A DNA stretch of 64,000 bases, taken from NCBI RefSeq assembly GCF_006345805.1, contig NC_043000.1:37324001-37388000 (forward strand), written 5' to 3'. Each line of letters opens with the position of its first letter. Within the stretch, counting starts at the first letter, position 1. The notes under the pieces were generated by a model. It was not told the origin of the DNA and ran no database searches. It worked only from the letters and a program-made list of their open reading frames with translations. Of this stretch, positions 38,272 to 50,642 are shown piece by piece. The translations under genes were made by a program, and so were the position numbers. This stretch comes from Octopus sinensis. Its lineage: Eukaryota.

Positions 38272-38420
38272 ATTGATTTCTTTCAGTTTGTGTTTATGAA
38301 ATCCACTCACAAGGCTTTGGTTGGTCTGAGTCTATAGCAGAAGACACATGCCAAGTCACCACACAGTGGGACTGAACCCAGGACCATGTGTTTTGGAACC
38401 AAGTTTCTTACCACACATCC
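38270..38420 (-). mobile_element. Family A SINE 5' half
   Basis: Reverse complement of the SINE head (gtgtggtaagaaacttggttcc...gggttcagtcccactgtgtggtgacttggc). Confidence 0.8.
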
Positions 38421-38504
38421 ACACCTGCGCGTGTGTGTGTGCACGTGTATGTGTGTGTATGGGTGTATATATGTGTATATATACGTGTACATATTACATG
38501 TACA

Positions 38505-38550
<46 letters not shown>

Positions 38551-38666
38551 TATCTACACATATACATGTATACATCTATACATATACATTTGTGCAGATG
38601 TATACATATATATAAACACATATAACAGACCAAAGTGTATGTATGCCACTATATATATATATATAT

Positions 38667-38956
38667 AAAATACAAAATGAGACAAGAATGCAAAACATCC
38701 AGATAGACAATACAAAGAAAACAAGGATGGGTCATTTGGAATTTTTTTTTCCTCAGTCGAGTTCCAGATTATCTTTGCAATTTCGGCTGTTTATACTCAG
38801 CCGAAATTGCAAAGATAATCTGGAACTTGACTGAGGAAAGGAAACTCTGAATGACCCATCCTTGTTTTCTTTGTATCGTCTATCCGGATGTTTTGTTGTC
38901 CCTTTTTTGTATCACCTAACTGTCTGGATGCTTTGCGTTCTTGTCCCATTTTGTAT
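38667..38956. mobile_element. (TA)n-flanked fold-back element
   Basis: Arms 38667-38789 and 38798-38956 are reverse complements around an 8-nt spacer (tttatact). The right arm has an extra 36-bp segment. Confidence 0.85.
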
Positions 38957-38960
38957 TTAT

Positions 38961-38996
<36 letters not shown>

Positions 38997-39706
38997 AAAT
39001 ATATATATATATTACATATATGTATGTATGTATGTAACCTGTATATATTTGAGATAACAGTTTCACTTTAATAGTTTCAGTATTAAAGTGAAACTATTAA
39101 AGTGAAAATATCTGACATTACAATAGAGAGATGTTATTGTTTCAGTTTTGACACATAATACTGAAATAGTGGAGGAGATATGATATTGCTCTGGGCTCGC
39201 ACTAGGCAAGAAGTTAAAAATTTTTTTGGCCTATGACACAACATGGATCCTAAGTAAGGCATGTGTAGAATTTGAATGTAATTGGTTGTGTAGTTCTCAA
39301 GTTTTAGGGACAGACATTCTCATCTTTATATATATAGATCTCTGGCTGTATTATATTCACCAGCCTCAGGACTTTTGGAATCACATTGAAAATTAATGTC
39401 TGGATTAAAAACAAGATAATTTAGAAAGGATGCACATAATATTTATGACACTGAAAGTAGGATTACTTGCATTTAAATATTTATTCTCTGCTGTTCAACC
39501 TATGTGGCTGGATGCAAGTTTCTTATTGAAATTTTTTCATTGTTTAAAAGTTCACTAAAATTAATATCATGAAGATCTTTATATTTTTACTCCATTTGAC
39601 CTGTTAACTATGTATCTACAAGAGCATGAGCTACATGAGTTTAATCAATCTTATCCATTAAAACATCACTATTTAAAAAAACAAATAATCATACACATAC
39701 TATATA

Positions 39707-40985
39707 CAGGGGTTGGACAAAATAATGGAAACAATTTAAAATTTCAAACAAATTTACTTTAATATGGGGTAGGGCCGCCTTCCGCAGTAATTAAAGCTTG
39801 AATTTTATGAGGTATGGACTTGTACAAAGTTTGAATTGCTTCCAAAGGAATTTTTGTTCATTCTTTAGCTAAAACAGTCTCGAGTTCTTGTAATGATGAT
39901 GGTGGAGGATATCGACTTCTTACTTGTTTTTCGAAAATACTTTATAAATGTTCAATAATATTGAGATCTGGGGACTGCGCTGGTCAGATAAGATGTTCAA
40001 CTTCACAAGAATGTTCCCCGTGCCATTCAGTAACAACTTTAGCTGTATGAATTGGTGCATTATCATCCTGAATGATTGCATTTCCCTCCAAAAACAGTTC
40101 TGCAAACGTAGGATGAATTTCATCAGATAAAATGCTTAAATAGTCTTGACTATTAATTTTGCCATGAAGGGAAACCACTGGGCTGGCGGATTTCCAAGAT
40201 ATAGCCCCCTCCCCCCAGATCATCACAGCTCCTCTTCCATGTTTAACAGTTGGAAAAAGACAGTCTGGGTCAAAAGCTTCTTTTGGCTGTCTCCACATGT
40301 ATACTTGGCCAATGGTTAGAAATAAAGTAAAGGATGACTCGTCCGCGAAAATAACATTCTTCCACTGCTCTAGCGACCAATTATGTAGGTTTTTATTCCA
40401 CTCTAAACACTTTGTAACGTTTGTTTTTGAAAGTAATGGTTTTATGATTGCAGCCCTCCCGTAAAATCTGGCTTTGTACAGCTCCCAGTGAACAGTTTTT
40501 GTGGAAACTGGGTTCTCAAGGTGGTCATTAAGCTCTGCAGTAATTTTGGGAGCTGTACTTTTGTGATCTTTTCTAACAATTCGCACAAGAGTCTGACATT
40601 CCCTATCTGAAAGTTCTGGTTTTCTTCCAGAATTTTGTTTTGATGAGGAGGTTTCTTCCTCTTTCTCAAAGGCTGTCATTCCTTTTGAGACAGTACTTCT
40701 TGATACACCAAACATTTCAGCTGTTTTCATTACACTAGCACCTGCCATACGAGCACCAACAATTTGGCCTCTTTAAAAGTCCAATAGATCTGTCATTTTA
40801 ATGAATTTTAATTACCTTTTTCTGATGATATCTGAAAAGAAACAGCAATTTTAGCAAAACATATTAAGCAACTCTAATAATAAATGAAAAAGCATAAAAA
40901 TAAACAAGCTTTTGATGGTTTTATAGATATTTCAAAATTATGATGCTATTACACTAGGTGCTTCCATTATTTCATCCAATCCCTG
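39707..40985 (-). mobile_element. Full-length Tc1/mariner transposon (1279 bp), DD36E
   Basis: 27-bp TIRs CAGGGGTTGGACAAAATAATGGAAACA / CAGGGATTGGATGAAATAATGGAAGCA (4 mismatches). TA TSD at 39705-39706 and 40986-40987. Confidence 0.97.
39759..40796 (-). pseudogene. Tc1 transposase, 345 codons, four in-frame stops, no frameshift
   Basis: MTDLLDF*RGQIVGAR HTH start; FADES, QDDNAPIH and SPDLNIIE catalytic motifs. Stops at 40773-75, 39984-86, 39942-44 and 39858-60. Terminal TAA at 39759-61. Confidence 0.95.
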
Positions 40986-41074
40986 TATGTTAAGCAAACA
41001 CTCAGCTCCAAATTCATATGATGAGATAGAAGCAGTACAATGGTGCAGTCAAGGAACACCACCAAATGTATTTA

Positions 41075-41490
41075 GAGGGCTGGGAAAATTTCGAGCTTTG
41101 GGTTCAGTCCCACAGCATGGACAAGTGATTTTCATTATAAATCTGGACTGTCCAAAATCTTGTGATTGGATTTAGTAGATGGAAACTAATGGAAGTCCAT
41201 TGTATTTATGTATAGTGTGTGTATGTGCATATGTTGGGGTGGGTGTTTGTAGTTTCTCCTTGTCATCAAGCAATTAATGTAAACAATTATCACCATCACA
41301 CAAACCAGGTTCTTTGTTTCCGGTTTTCAATGAAAACATGTTTGACTATGGTAAAAATATTAGCTTGCTTGGAAACAGGTGATTGGCAACAAGAAAGGTA
41401 TTTGGCCATAGAAAATCTGCTTCAACAATTCCATTTGACCCATGCAAGCATGAAAAAGTGGACGTTAAACAATAATGATGATGACGAACA
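41075..41490 (+). mobile_element. Decayed SINE with RTE-like tail
   Basis: gggttcagtcccacagcatgg...tggaaactaatggaagtcc..., tail ggacgttaaacaataatgatgatgac. Confidence 0.65.
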
Positions 41491-42879
41491 GGTTTGTTAT
41501 AAAGGTGCTTAGCAATAATTGTGTAGATTAAATTAAGCCATGTAGGTCTCAAGTTACGGTTTTAAAACAACTGTTAATCCTTGTCTAACAGTTCATTGAA
41601 TAAAGGATGGAAGTGTTCAAAATGTGCCCATAATAACACTCATTCGTTTAAAAATAATTCCATTGATAAGTTGTTGTGTTGATTCCACTGACTTGCTACT
41701 TGTGTGTCAGACACTTGGTTCCTTTATTTTATATTTTTTGTAATTTTAAAATATTTCCTTAGATGTGTTGTGTAAATCTTTTTATGGGTCTACTGTGTGT
41801 TATTTTTATAATTTTTGAGTACTTCTATGAAATGTATCCTAATAACACAGACATGGTCAAAATGTGTCTTACACAATGATATTATAAAACACTTTTTTTC
41901 TAATTAGTTAATTCTAAAAAAAATGTAGACATATGTATAAATTTTAGGATGGATGTTATACAGCTAAAAACTATGAAATGCAATATGATAATGAATACCT
42001 ATTTTTAGAGTAAAATTCAATTACTGAAAAACTGTTACCAACAAGAGTGCAGCAGTCGAACAAATATTAAAAAAAAAACATTATCCAGTTAAATTTTATT
42101 CAGAGTAATCAATAAAGATATTTCTTTCTTCCATTTCATTATCATATGTAAATAAAACTTTAACCTTGTTTTAATTACCATTGATAATATAAAAGATATC
42201 TTGATATTTACACTGTACTCCCTGAATTTGTGATGCAAGCTTTTGAGTGATGGCTAATATTTATAATTCACAACTTTTATCATTGTTATAATTAATACAG
42301 GAATTCCTTATTATTTGCATTCTGGAAGTCAGTAATGAAAAGGTGTTGCGTAGTATTCAGTTATATCTTTGATTTCTGAAATCAGACACTGCACGGATCA
42401 ATTTGTTTTTCATTCCTCAAAGTTATTATGATGAAGTTCTCAACAATAGCACAAGGACACACTTTTCAGCAGAGGACGCATTTGATCACATCAACCTAGA
42501 TACTTATTTTAATGGCTTTAGATGAAACAACTAGCAGTCAAGCACTACATCCTTCCTTAAAATTACACTTGAGTTAGAAATTATTATTATTATTATAAAT
42601 ACAATATAACAAATTATAATGCAATGAATGTCAGTTTCATCCATCGAAAGATTGATAAACATCTTTTCCATTGTACTCAAACACTGAGTCCCAAAACTTG
42701 CTTTTTTTACTCACCAAACTCTTTGATCTCTCACCCTTTACTGAGACACTGCTTGACATTTTGAAGCACATTTCAATGTATCCCAATTCAAAAAAAGCAA
42801 CTCCTCCAACTCAGAAAACTCTCCTGGTGAAAGCACATCCTTAACATAGTTAGGATCACACCCACAAAGGCTGGTTCTT

Positions 42880-43350
42880 CATTTCAGAGTCAGAAATATT
42901 TCAGCCTCCAACAATTGCTAGCACTCAACAAAGTTCAAGCAAGCCTATACTGCTTCCATATCTAGGACAGTGCTGCTAATATACACATGGAGAATAGCCG
43001 CTTAACAGACTAGCTTTAATCACTAACATGCTTCAAGCTCTGCTTCGCATGTGTGCTGTTTCTCTCCGTCTTTTCTATTGTTATGAAAATGGTTTGTGTT
43101 TTGCAGAGTTGGCTGATCTTGTACCTCCTTCCTTCCAGCACTCCCAATCCATATGTCTGTCCACTCTCATCACTCTTACTATGTCCAACCCTTTCTCACA
43201 GACACCACATTAACCACTTTGTCCAGTCCCTCTCCTTATTACATCTGCAATCCTGTCCATGCTCATGTTTTCCAGCTGGTGTTAAACCGGCAACAACGGA
43301 ATATTAATAGCATCAAGCCCAGCGGTCTGTAGAACTAGCAAAAATTATGG
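42880..43350 (+). pseudogene. Decayed CR1/Jockey-like LINE 3' end
   Basis: AVSLRLFYCYENGLCFAELADLVPP...CFP resembles the family motif VASLSLFYRYYxGxCSxELxxLVPP...WNSLPxxCFP. Confidence 0.7.
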
Positions 43351-43700
43351 GCTTTAGAGCTTTTTCCAGACTCAGCAACTAAAATGTAACAGTCCTGTAC
43401 TGGTTGGTCAATATAATCCTTTGTTCCTCTCCAAACATACTTTGTGTGAATACTAGAAATCAATATTAGTGATATGGATGGCAGATTCCGTAGAGTCCCT
43501 TATGGTATTTAATTTTGCCTATTTATGTACTGATCCCTGCAGAGATCATCTTTGACCTTCATCGTTCCAGGATCAATAAAATAAGTACCAGTCAAATGCT
43601 GAAGTCATTCAAATAGACTGCTCTCTCCCTCAAAATATGTATCCTTCTATTAATGTTAAGAATCACTATTATTATTAATAGTAACGTTATGAATTTACAT

Positions 43701-43751
<51 letters not shown>

Positions 43752-44597
43752 ATATATATTTGAATGAATCTACAATAACAAAGGAAGTGAAATAATAAAT
43801 ATAAGATTGGTGGTATGTGGTGAAAGCATTCATATTCTGTTCATATGAAATAATCAGTATAACATATTAATTTTTGCTATGTCATCATCTATACATGGAT
43901 CAATAGCAGGGAAATAGATAATTGAACAAAGCAATTTATCAATATACTGTGGCTATGCTATCTTTATTATAGGACATGGTGTACAAAGATTCATAACTGA
44001 GAAGTTGTTCTTATTTTAGATATGATTATGAATCTGTTGAGGGAAATGTTCTATCAGTTCTATTATAGAAGCAATCAAACTTAATTCTCCTTCAATAATA
44101 AGAGAGGGAATTCTCAAATAATATTGGAAGACCTACTCTCAAAGCAGGATTAGAAATGCAACCTATGTAGAGGAAGATTAGATAAGAGTCAGAGCGCCGC
44201 ATTACTGGCTGATAGCTTATAAGATGGAAGATCAGTATGGTATGATATGACTTTAAATATATTCTTTTATATATATATTGGCAAGGTATTTGCAAAATAG
44301 GTTGAGAGTCATGTTATTCAGCTTTTTAACACCTGTTCCAATGAATCCCAAAGTCATGAATACATAAATTTCTAAGGACAGCTAAATCCTTATAACATAA
44401 AACAAAAAATATGACATAGGCCTTAATGCTTACTAATGATATGATAAACATTTGTAACATTACTGTAGCATACTGAAGGGTTGTTACTTATTACTATTAG
44501 GAAGATGACAAGAAAACATGCTCTATTGACAATACTTCACCAAAGCTAACTCTTTACATATGTGTGTGCATATGATGTGTGTGAATGTATAATATAT

Positions 44598-45090
44598 ATC
44601 ATCATCATCATCGTTTAACATCCGTTTTCCATGCTAGCATGGGTTGGACGGTTCGACTGGGGTCTGGAAAGCCAGGAGGCTGCACCAGGCTCCAATCTGA
44701 TCTGGCAGAGTTTCTACAGCTGGATGCCCTTCCTAACGCCAACCACTCTGAGAGTGTAGTGGGAGCTTTTTATGTGCCACCAGCACAGGGACCTGAGGAG
44801 CTGGCATCAACCACGATCAGATGGTGCTTTTACATGCCACCGGCATGGAAGCCAGTCAAAGCGGCACTGGCATTGGCCACGTTTGGATGGTGTTTTTTAC
44901 GTGCTACCGGCATGGGGCTCACAGCTACAATTTCCATTTGATTTGATTTTGATATTGCTGTTGATGTACTTGACTCAATAAGATCTCCTCAAGCACGGCA
45001 TGTCGCTCTATGATCCAAGGTACTTTTGAGTGGGCTGGTTATGCGACACTGGTGTAGGTTACAGCAGTAGACTGACTTTATTTGCCGGGT
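44598..45090 (-). mobile_element. RTE 3'UTR fragment
   Basis: catcatcatcgtttaacatccgttttccatgctagcatgggttggacgg...; ORFs 44585-44941 and 44772-44981 are antisense read-throughs. Confidence 0.9.
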
Positions 45091-45677
45091 CTTCTCAGTC
45101 ACACACACACACATATATATATATATGTATGTATGTAAGCATGTACACTTATGTCAATAGTAAGAAAAAGACCATGGCTTTTGAAATGAAATGTTATAGA
45201 AGCTCTGCATTCCAAAAATATACCACTGGACAAATGAACATTAAGAAAGGAAATAATGGGAATCTACAAACCTGAAGCTCTTCAGTCAAATGCTAAGAGT
45301 TTGAAATAGTTTGTCATGTAACATGATACCCTAGCTCAAATGAATATGATCTTGCATAAACTAAACTGGTAAAAGAGGTATAAGCATTATCATGAAGGAA
45401 GACGAATGAGCAGGTTGAGCAATATCAAGGAATTGACAGAGAGGAATATTTTGTGTGTGTGTGTGTGTGTGCATTTATATGTGTGTTAATGCAGATTGGT
45501 AATCTAAAAGTATTCAATCCAGCTCTTCGCATTCTAATAGCAATACCTGAAGCAACACTTGTGCCAAACTGTCACTGGCCTTTCACAATGGTTTGAAGAG
45601 GGGACAACTGCCATTCATGCAAAGTTACAATGACAATCTTGACTTTTGGAGGCCCAAATAAATATATATATATATCA

Positions 45678-46201
45678 TATCATCATCATCATCATCATCA
45701 TCATTTAGCGTCCGTTTTCCATGCTAGCATGGGTTGGACGGTTCAACTGGGGTCTGGGGAGCCCGAAGGCTGCACCAGGCCAGTCACATCTGGCAGTGTT
45801 TCTACAGCTGGATGCCCTTCCTAACGCCAACCACTCCGAGAGTGTAGTGGGTGATTTTATGTGCCACCGACACAGGTGCCAGACGAGGCTGGCGAACGGC
45901 CACGCTCGGATGGTGTTTTTATGTGCCACCGACACAGGTGCCAGACGAGGCTGGCAGACGGCCACGCTCGGATGGTGTTTTTATGTGCCACCGACACAGG
46001 TGCCAGATGAGGCTGGCGGACGGCCACGATCGGATGGTGTTTGTTACGTCCCCAAAGCACGGAGGCCAGTCTATGCGGTACTGGCTACGGCCACGTTCGG
46101 ATGATTTTCTTGTGTGCCACCGGCACTGGTACCACAAAGATACAAATTCCATTTATGTTCATCTATTTTGATTTGTTTTGATTTGATTTGATTTGATTTG
46201 T
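45678..46201 (-). mobile_element. Young 5'-truncated RTE 3'UTR copy, truncated in (ATTTG)n
   Basis: Near-identical reverse complement of about 4720-5236. Confidence 0.95.
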
Positions 46202-47637
46202 GTATGTAAATATGACAATTCAAAACATCTGTAATGAATCCCATCAAATTCTGACAATGTAGTCTACAATGTGTACAGATTGACATATTGACTAGTCCTG
46301 GCATGGTTCCAGTTGATTCTTGAAGAACTTCATACCCAGAGATGTTGTACAAACATAATTATGAGTGATTACATTCAACCTTCAAACATGATTTCCAATG
46401 AACAAGGTTTGCTGACCTGAAACTGTCCTGTTGTAACCTTAGTCACATATTATGGCATGGAAACCAGGTACCCAGCTTGATGAGTCCTAGGGCTCAAAAC
46501 AGAACTATTACTATTACTACTGTTCTGTTAGACAGGTTGTCTACATCGGGTCTTGCAGAGTCCTAATCTCTCTAATACTCATACTTTAGAATTTCTTCAT
46601 ACCAGTCATTGTTGTTGAGATTGTGGCAAATTGAAACATTTGTTCTCATATAAACTCCCTCTTTTCTACCCTCTATTGTGCTCCACAGTTTTCCCCTTCT
46701 ATCTCTTTAATAGTTATTTCTATTTGTATCTCATTCTCTTTTAATGTCTCATTGCACACTCATGATACTTTATATTGTTGCAAGGATATCCACATAAATG
46801 GATTATAAGCCTGAATGGCTGAGATGAGTTATTATCAATATCATTGAAAGCCTTTTTCAGAGTGTTATCAGTCTGAAAAATCTTTTTGCCATTACCACAT
46901 GAATGAAGTTTGTAAACTAACTCAAAAGAATGAAAGAAGAGTGAAAAATATCTGAAAGTGAATTTGGACCATGTAACATTAGCTGACAACAAAAGGCATG
47001 ACAGCTATTAGAAAACAGAGACATTGCCATAACTGGCTTCAAATACAGTCTAGATATGATTTTTTTATACCAGTTAATATTGATTTCTGATAAAAGACCA
47101 ATTTGCTGATAACCACTTTTTACAAGAAAAGGATGTAATTGATTGAATCAACTCTATAGTGCTCCATTTCCATCCCTCTGTGGTGAATAATGGAAAATAG
47201 ATACCTGTAGGATTTGAACTCTCAATATAGAAATGTTAGTGCATGTAGACCAGCGCACTAACATTTCTACCAACTCGCAGCACTCAAATTACTGAATCTT
47301 CAATTTCCGGGAGTAGAATCTTGTTCAATAATGGTACTTATTTAGTCAACTTTAGTTGAGGATGAAAAGCAATATTGAGTTGCTCAGTAATTTGAATGGA
47401 GAACATAAAAGGATCGCAAACAGATATGACAATGTAGTCTTCTTGCCAAGTCTGCCGTGCTTATATCAGTTAATATTACAATGTAAATGAATCTCATCCA
47501 GACAGGTTCTTGGAATTTCAAATCAATATCTTTATTAAATCCCTGAAGGGTTGATTACTTTTATTCTGTTGTCCAAATCAGGGACAATGCTCTCCAGTTA
47601 GTTATTTCTTCACTTGCTTCTTCTGCTTGAACAAGGG

Positions 47638-47691
<54 letters not shown>

Positions 47692-47755
47692 CATGCAGAC
47701 AGATAGATAGATATAGATAAAACTTACTTGGAAGAAGATGCATAGCGTTCAGTCA

Positions 47756-47823
47756 TATAATAATATAAATGATATATATATATGCATATATACAAACGTA
47801 TATGTATATACTTACATCTATAC

Positions 47824-47886
<63 letters not shown>

Positions 47887-48493
47887 TATGTGGGCACATG
47901 TACAACAAAAAAGTACGAAGCACGAGTACATGGAACATGAACTATTCATTCAAACAACGAAAGACACAAATGGAAAACAAAACAAACAACATAAAGAACG
48001 ACCCTTCATCAGTTGTTGGCTGTTTTTTGAGTCAAGTATTTTGAGCATTTAACAACAACATCCGCTTTCGATAAAACAGTTGCTCCCGCAACTCTCTGTT
48101 GTAGCTGGAACAAGGAAGACATGTTCTTGTTTGTCTCCTGTCCTAGCTTGATTTACACATTCACCACCACCACCTCATTTCGGTTTAGCAGCCCTTCCTG
48201 TTTGTTTACACTATCCTGTTTGTGTTACCAATTTTGACCCTCAGCAAAATCTCAAATTTTTTTTAATTTGCTTTGCAGGAGTAACTGTTTTATCAAAAGC
48301 ATATATTGTTGTTAAATACTCGAAATACAAGACTAGAAAAACAGCCAAATATTGATGAAGGGTCGTATTTATGTTGTTTGTATTGTTTTGCATTTGTGTC
48401 TTTCGTTGTTCGAAAGAATATTTTATGTTCCATGAACTCATGCTTCGTATTTTTGTTGTACATGTTTCATGACGTCCTGTGCCCACATATGCT

Positions 48494-48535
<42 letters not shown>

Positions 48536-48612
48536 CGTATAGATGTAAGTATGTGCATATACGTTTGTATATATGCATATAGATAGAGATATTATTTATA
48601 TTATATTATATA
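47756..48612. repeat. Large diverged inverted repeat (arms about 335 bp, spacer about 180 bp)
   Basis: 47756-48091 vs 48273-48612, including matching internal (TA)n and the flanking tacaaacgtata...acttacatctatacgta. Confidence 0.85.
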
Positions 48613-48654
48613 TATATATATACACACACACACAAATATACATATACATACATG

Positions 48655-48852
48655 GCAGATACTGGTGCTATGCAACTGGTACTTGTGCCAGTTGCATGTA
48701 AAAGCACCCATTACACTTAATAAAGTGGTTGGCATTAAGAAGGGCATCCAGCTGTAGAAACCATGTCAAATCAGACTGGAGTCTGGTGCAGCCCCTCAGA
48801 TAACCAGTCCTGCTAACATGGACAACAGACGTTAAATGATGATGATGATGAT
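48655..48852 (+). mobile_element. RTE 3'-end fragment
   Basis: ggcattaagaagggcatccagctgtagaaaccatg...gacgttaaatgatgatgatgatg. Confidence 0.8.
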
Positions 48853-49934
48853 AATAAATATACTGACAGACACAGGGAAATCCTAATCATAGTTTTAACA
48901 TGTTTGCAAGGGTCAGATGAGGGTATGTTGGACATCCACAGTTTGCTCAGTCTCACATGTTTGTAGTGTGTTATTGATAAAGATGTCTTTGGTGTATTTG
49001 CTGTATTTGTAATATATCATTACTTTAATTTTATGGTTGGATGTAATGCATTTTATGCTTTTGTTTATGAGGGCTGGCCAATGTGGTCTACAAATCTGAA
49101 AAGTAAAACTTGAAATTGCAAACTTCAGGTCAGTAGCTGTTACACTGGACAGACCAGTACAACACTCTCACATTGGTTCATCATGCACTTACAACATGAA
49201 GCTATTGTACAACATTACACCATACACCATGAAACAAAATTAGTTATAAAAAATATTAGAAGAAAATACATTACAAAACTCCACACAAACCATACTCATC
49301 TCGCATTACAGTGTCAAAATTAACATACAAACACACACATCAAAAAGTTAGCATGTATCTACTAACTCTACATGAATTCAATCAGTAAATAAGAGACAAC
49401 ACAGATGCCAAATATATTCAATTCAGTTCTTGAAAAGGAGACTGTGAAAGTGTCAAATGTCAGATATGGGTTAAAGAACTTTATTGTTCCAAACCAACTG
49501 TAAAGCTAATAAGAAACTATTAAAATTCTAAAATTAAAAAATGAAACTTTTAACAGAGTTGTGTATTTAGTGAAGCACACATTCACACACACACATACCA
49601 TGCAATAGATAATTGAAAACTAAACAAAATACAAGAAAAAATAATCTTTATTTTCAGTTTTTGATGTCCATTTTCCATACAGACATGAGTCGGACACTCT
49701 GACAGATCCAATAAAGATATTAGATAGCACTAACACAATATATTTTCAGAAAAATGGCACACATGTTCAACTAGCACCATGTTCTGTGTAACATTCTGTT
49801 AGGTCATCTTCCATTTTTGACTTTCCAAAGTTGTGTATATACAGGCACACGCTGTATATATTCATATACAGAAATCCCTTCCCATATCATGGTTCACCTA
49901 TTGTGCACTCAGTACATTGTGGATTTTTCTGGCT

Positions 49935-50200
49935 ATTATCATCATCATCATTGTTTAACATCCATTTTCCATGCTGGTATAGGTTGGACAGTTTGACTGG
50001 GGACTAGCCAGCCAGGAAGCTGCACCAGGCTTCAGTCTGATCTGGCAATGTTTCTACAGCTTGATGCCCTTCCTAATGCCAATCACTCCGAGAGTGTAGT
50101 GGACACGTTTTACATGCCACCAGCACGGAAGCCAGTCAGGTGGCACTGGCACTGGCCATGTTCATATGGTGCTTTTTACATGCTACTGGCACAGGAGCCA
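49935..50200 (-). mobile_element. RTE 3'-end fragment
   Basis: catcatcatcattgtttaacatccattttccatgctgg...ctacagcttgatgcccttcctaatgcc. Confidence 0.8.
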
Positions 50201-50642
50201 ATCAGGGCTATGTATGTAAATTCATATCACAGGTTCCTGTGGCCATTAGGTATTTATATTTTGGGGGGAGGTTTTGGAACATAACACCCGCGATAGTCAA
50301 GGGATTACTGTATAGATATACTCACATGCATGTCTGCATACACACATGCATGTTTTCCTAGACATGTACAGCTACAAATGTAAGGCTTCCATGAGATTAC
50401 TCTATAAGCTGGAAATGGAAGTGAAATTACTTTTGAATAAAATGCAAATGTCTTAAAAATGAAAGGACACATTGGACAAAACAACCTCTAATATAGAAAT
50501 GGCAGACTTCATGGCTAAAATAATTATATGGTATCAACAAAAGAAACAGATACATGTGTGTATAGAGTTACAACTAGAGGAGAAAGGATACTTTGAGCTA
50601 CTATAACCAAGTTGGGAGGAGAAAAAAGACATAGCTGTATAT

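Noticed and set aside
38831-38856. CTGAGGA-aa-GGA-aac-TCT-GAATGACC as a hammerhead (also 12170-12200)
   Set aside because: Position 15.1 is U, there is no NUH triplet with stem III, and no stem I complementarity.
48000-48020. CTGATGA in the 47756-48612 inverted repeat
   Set aside because: No appropriately placed GAAA or stem III in either arm.
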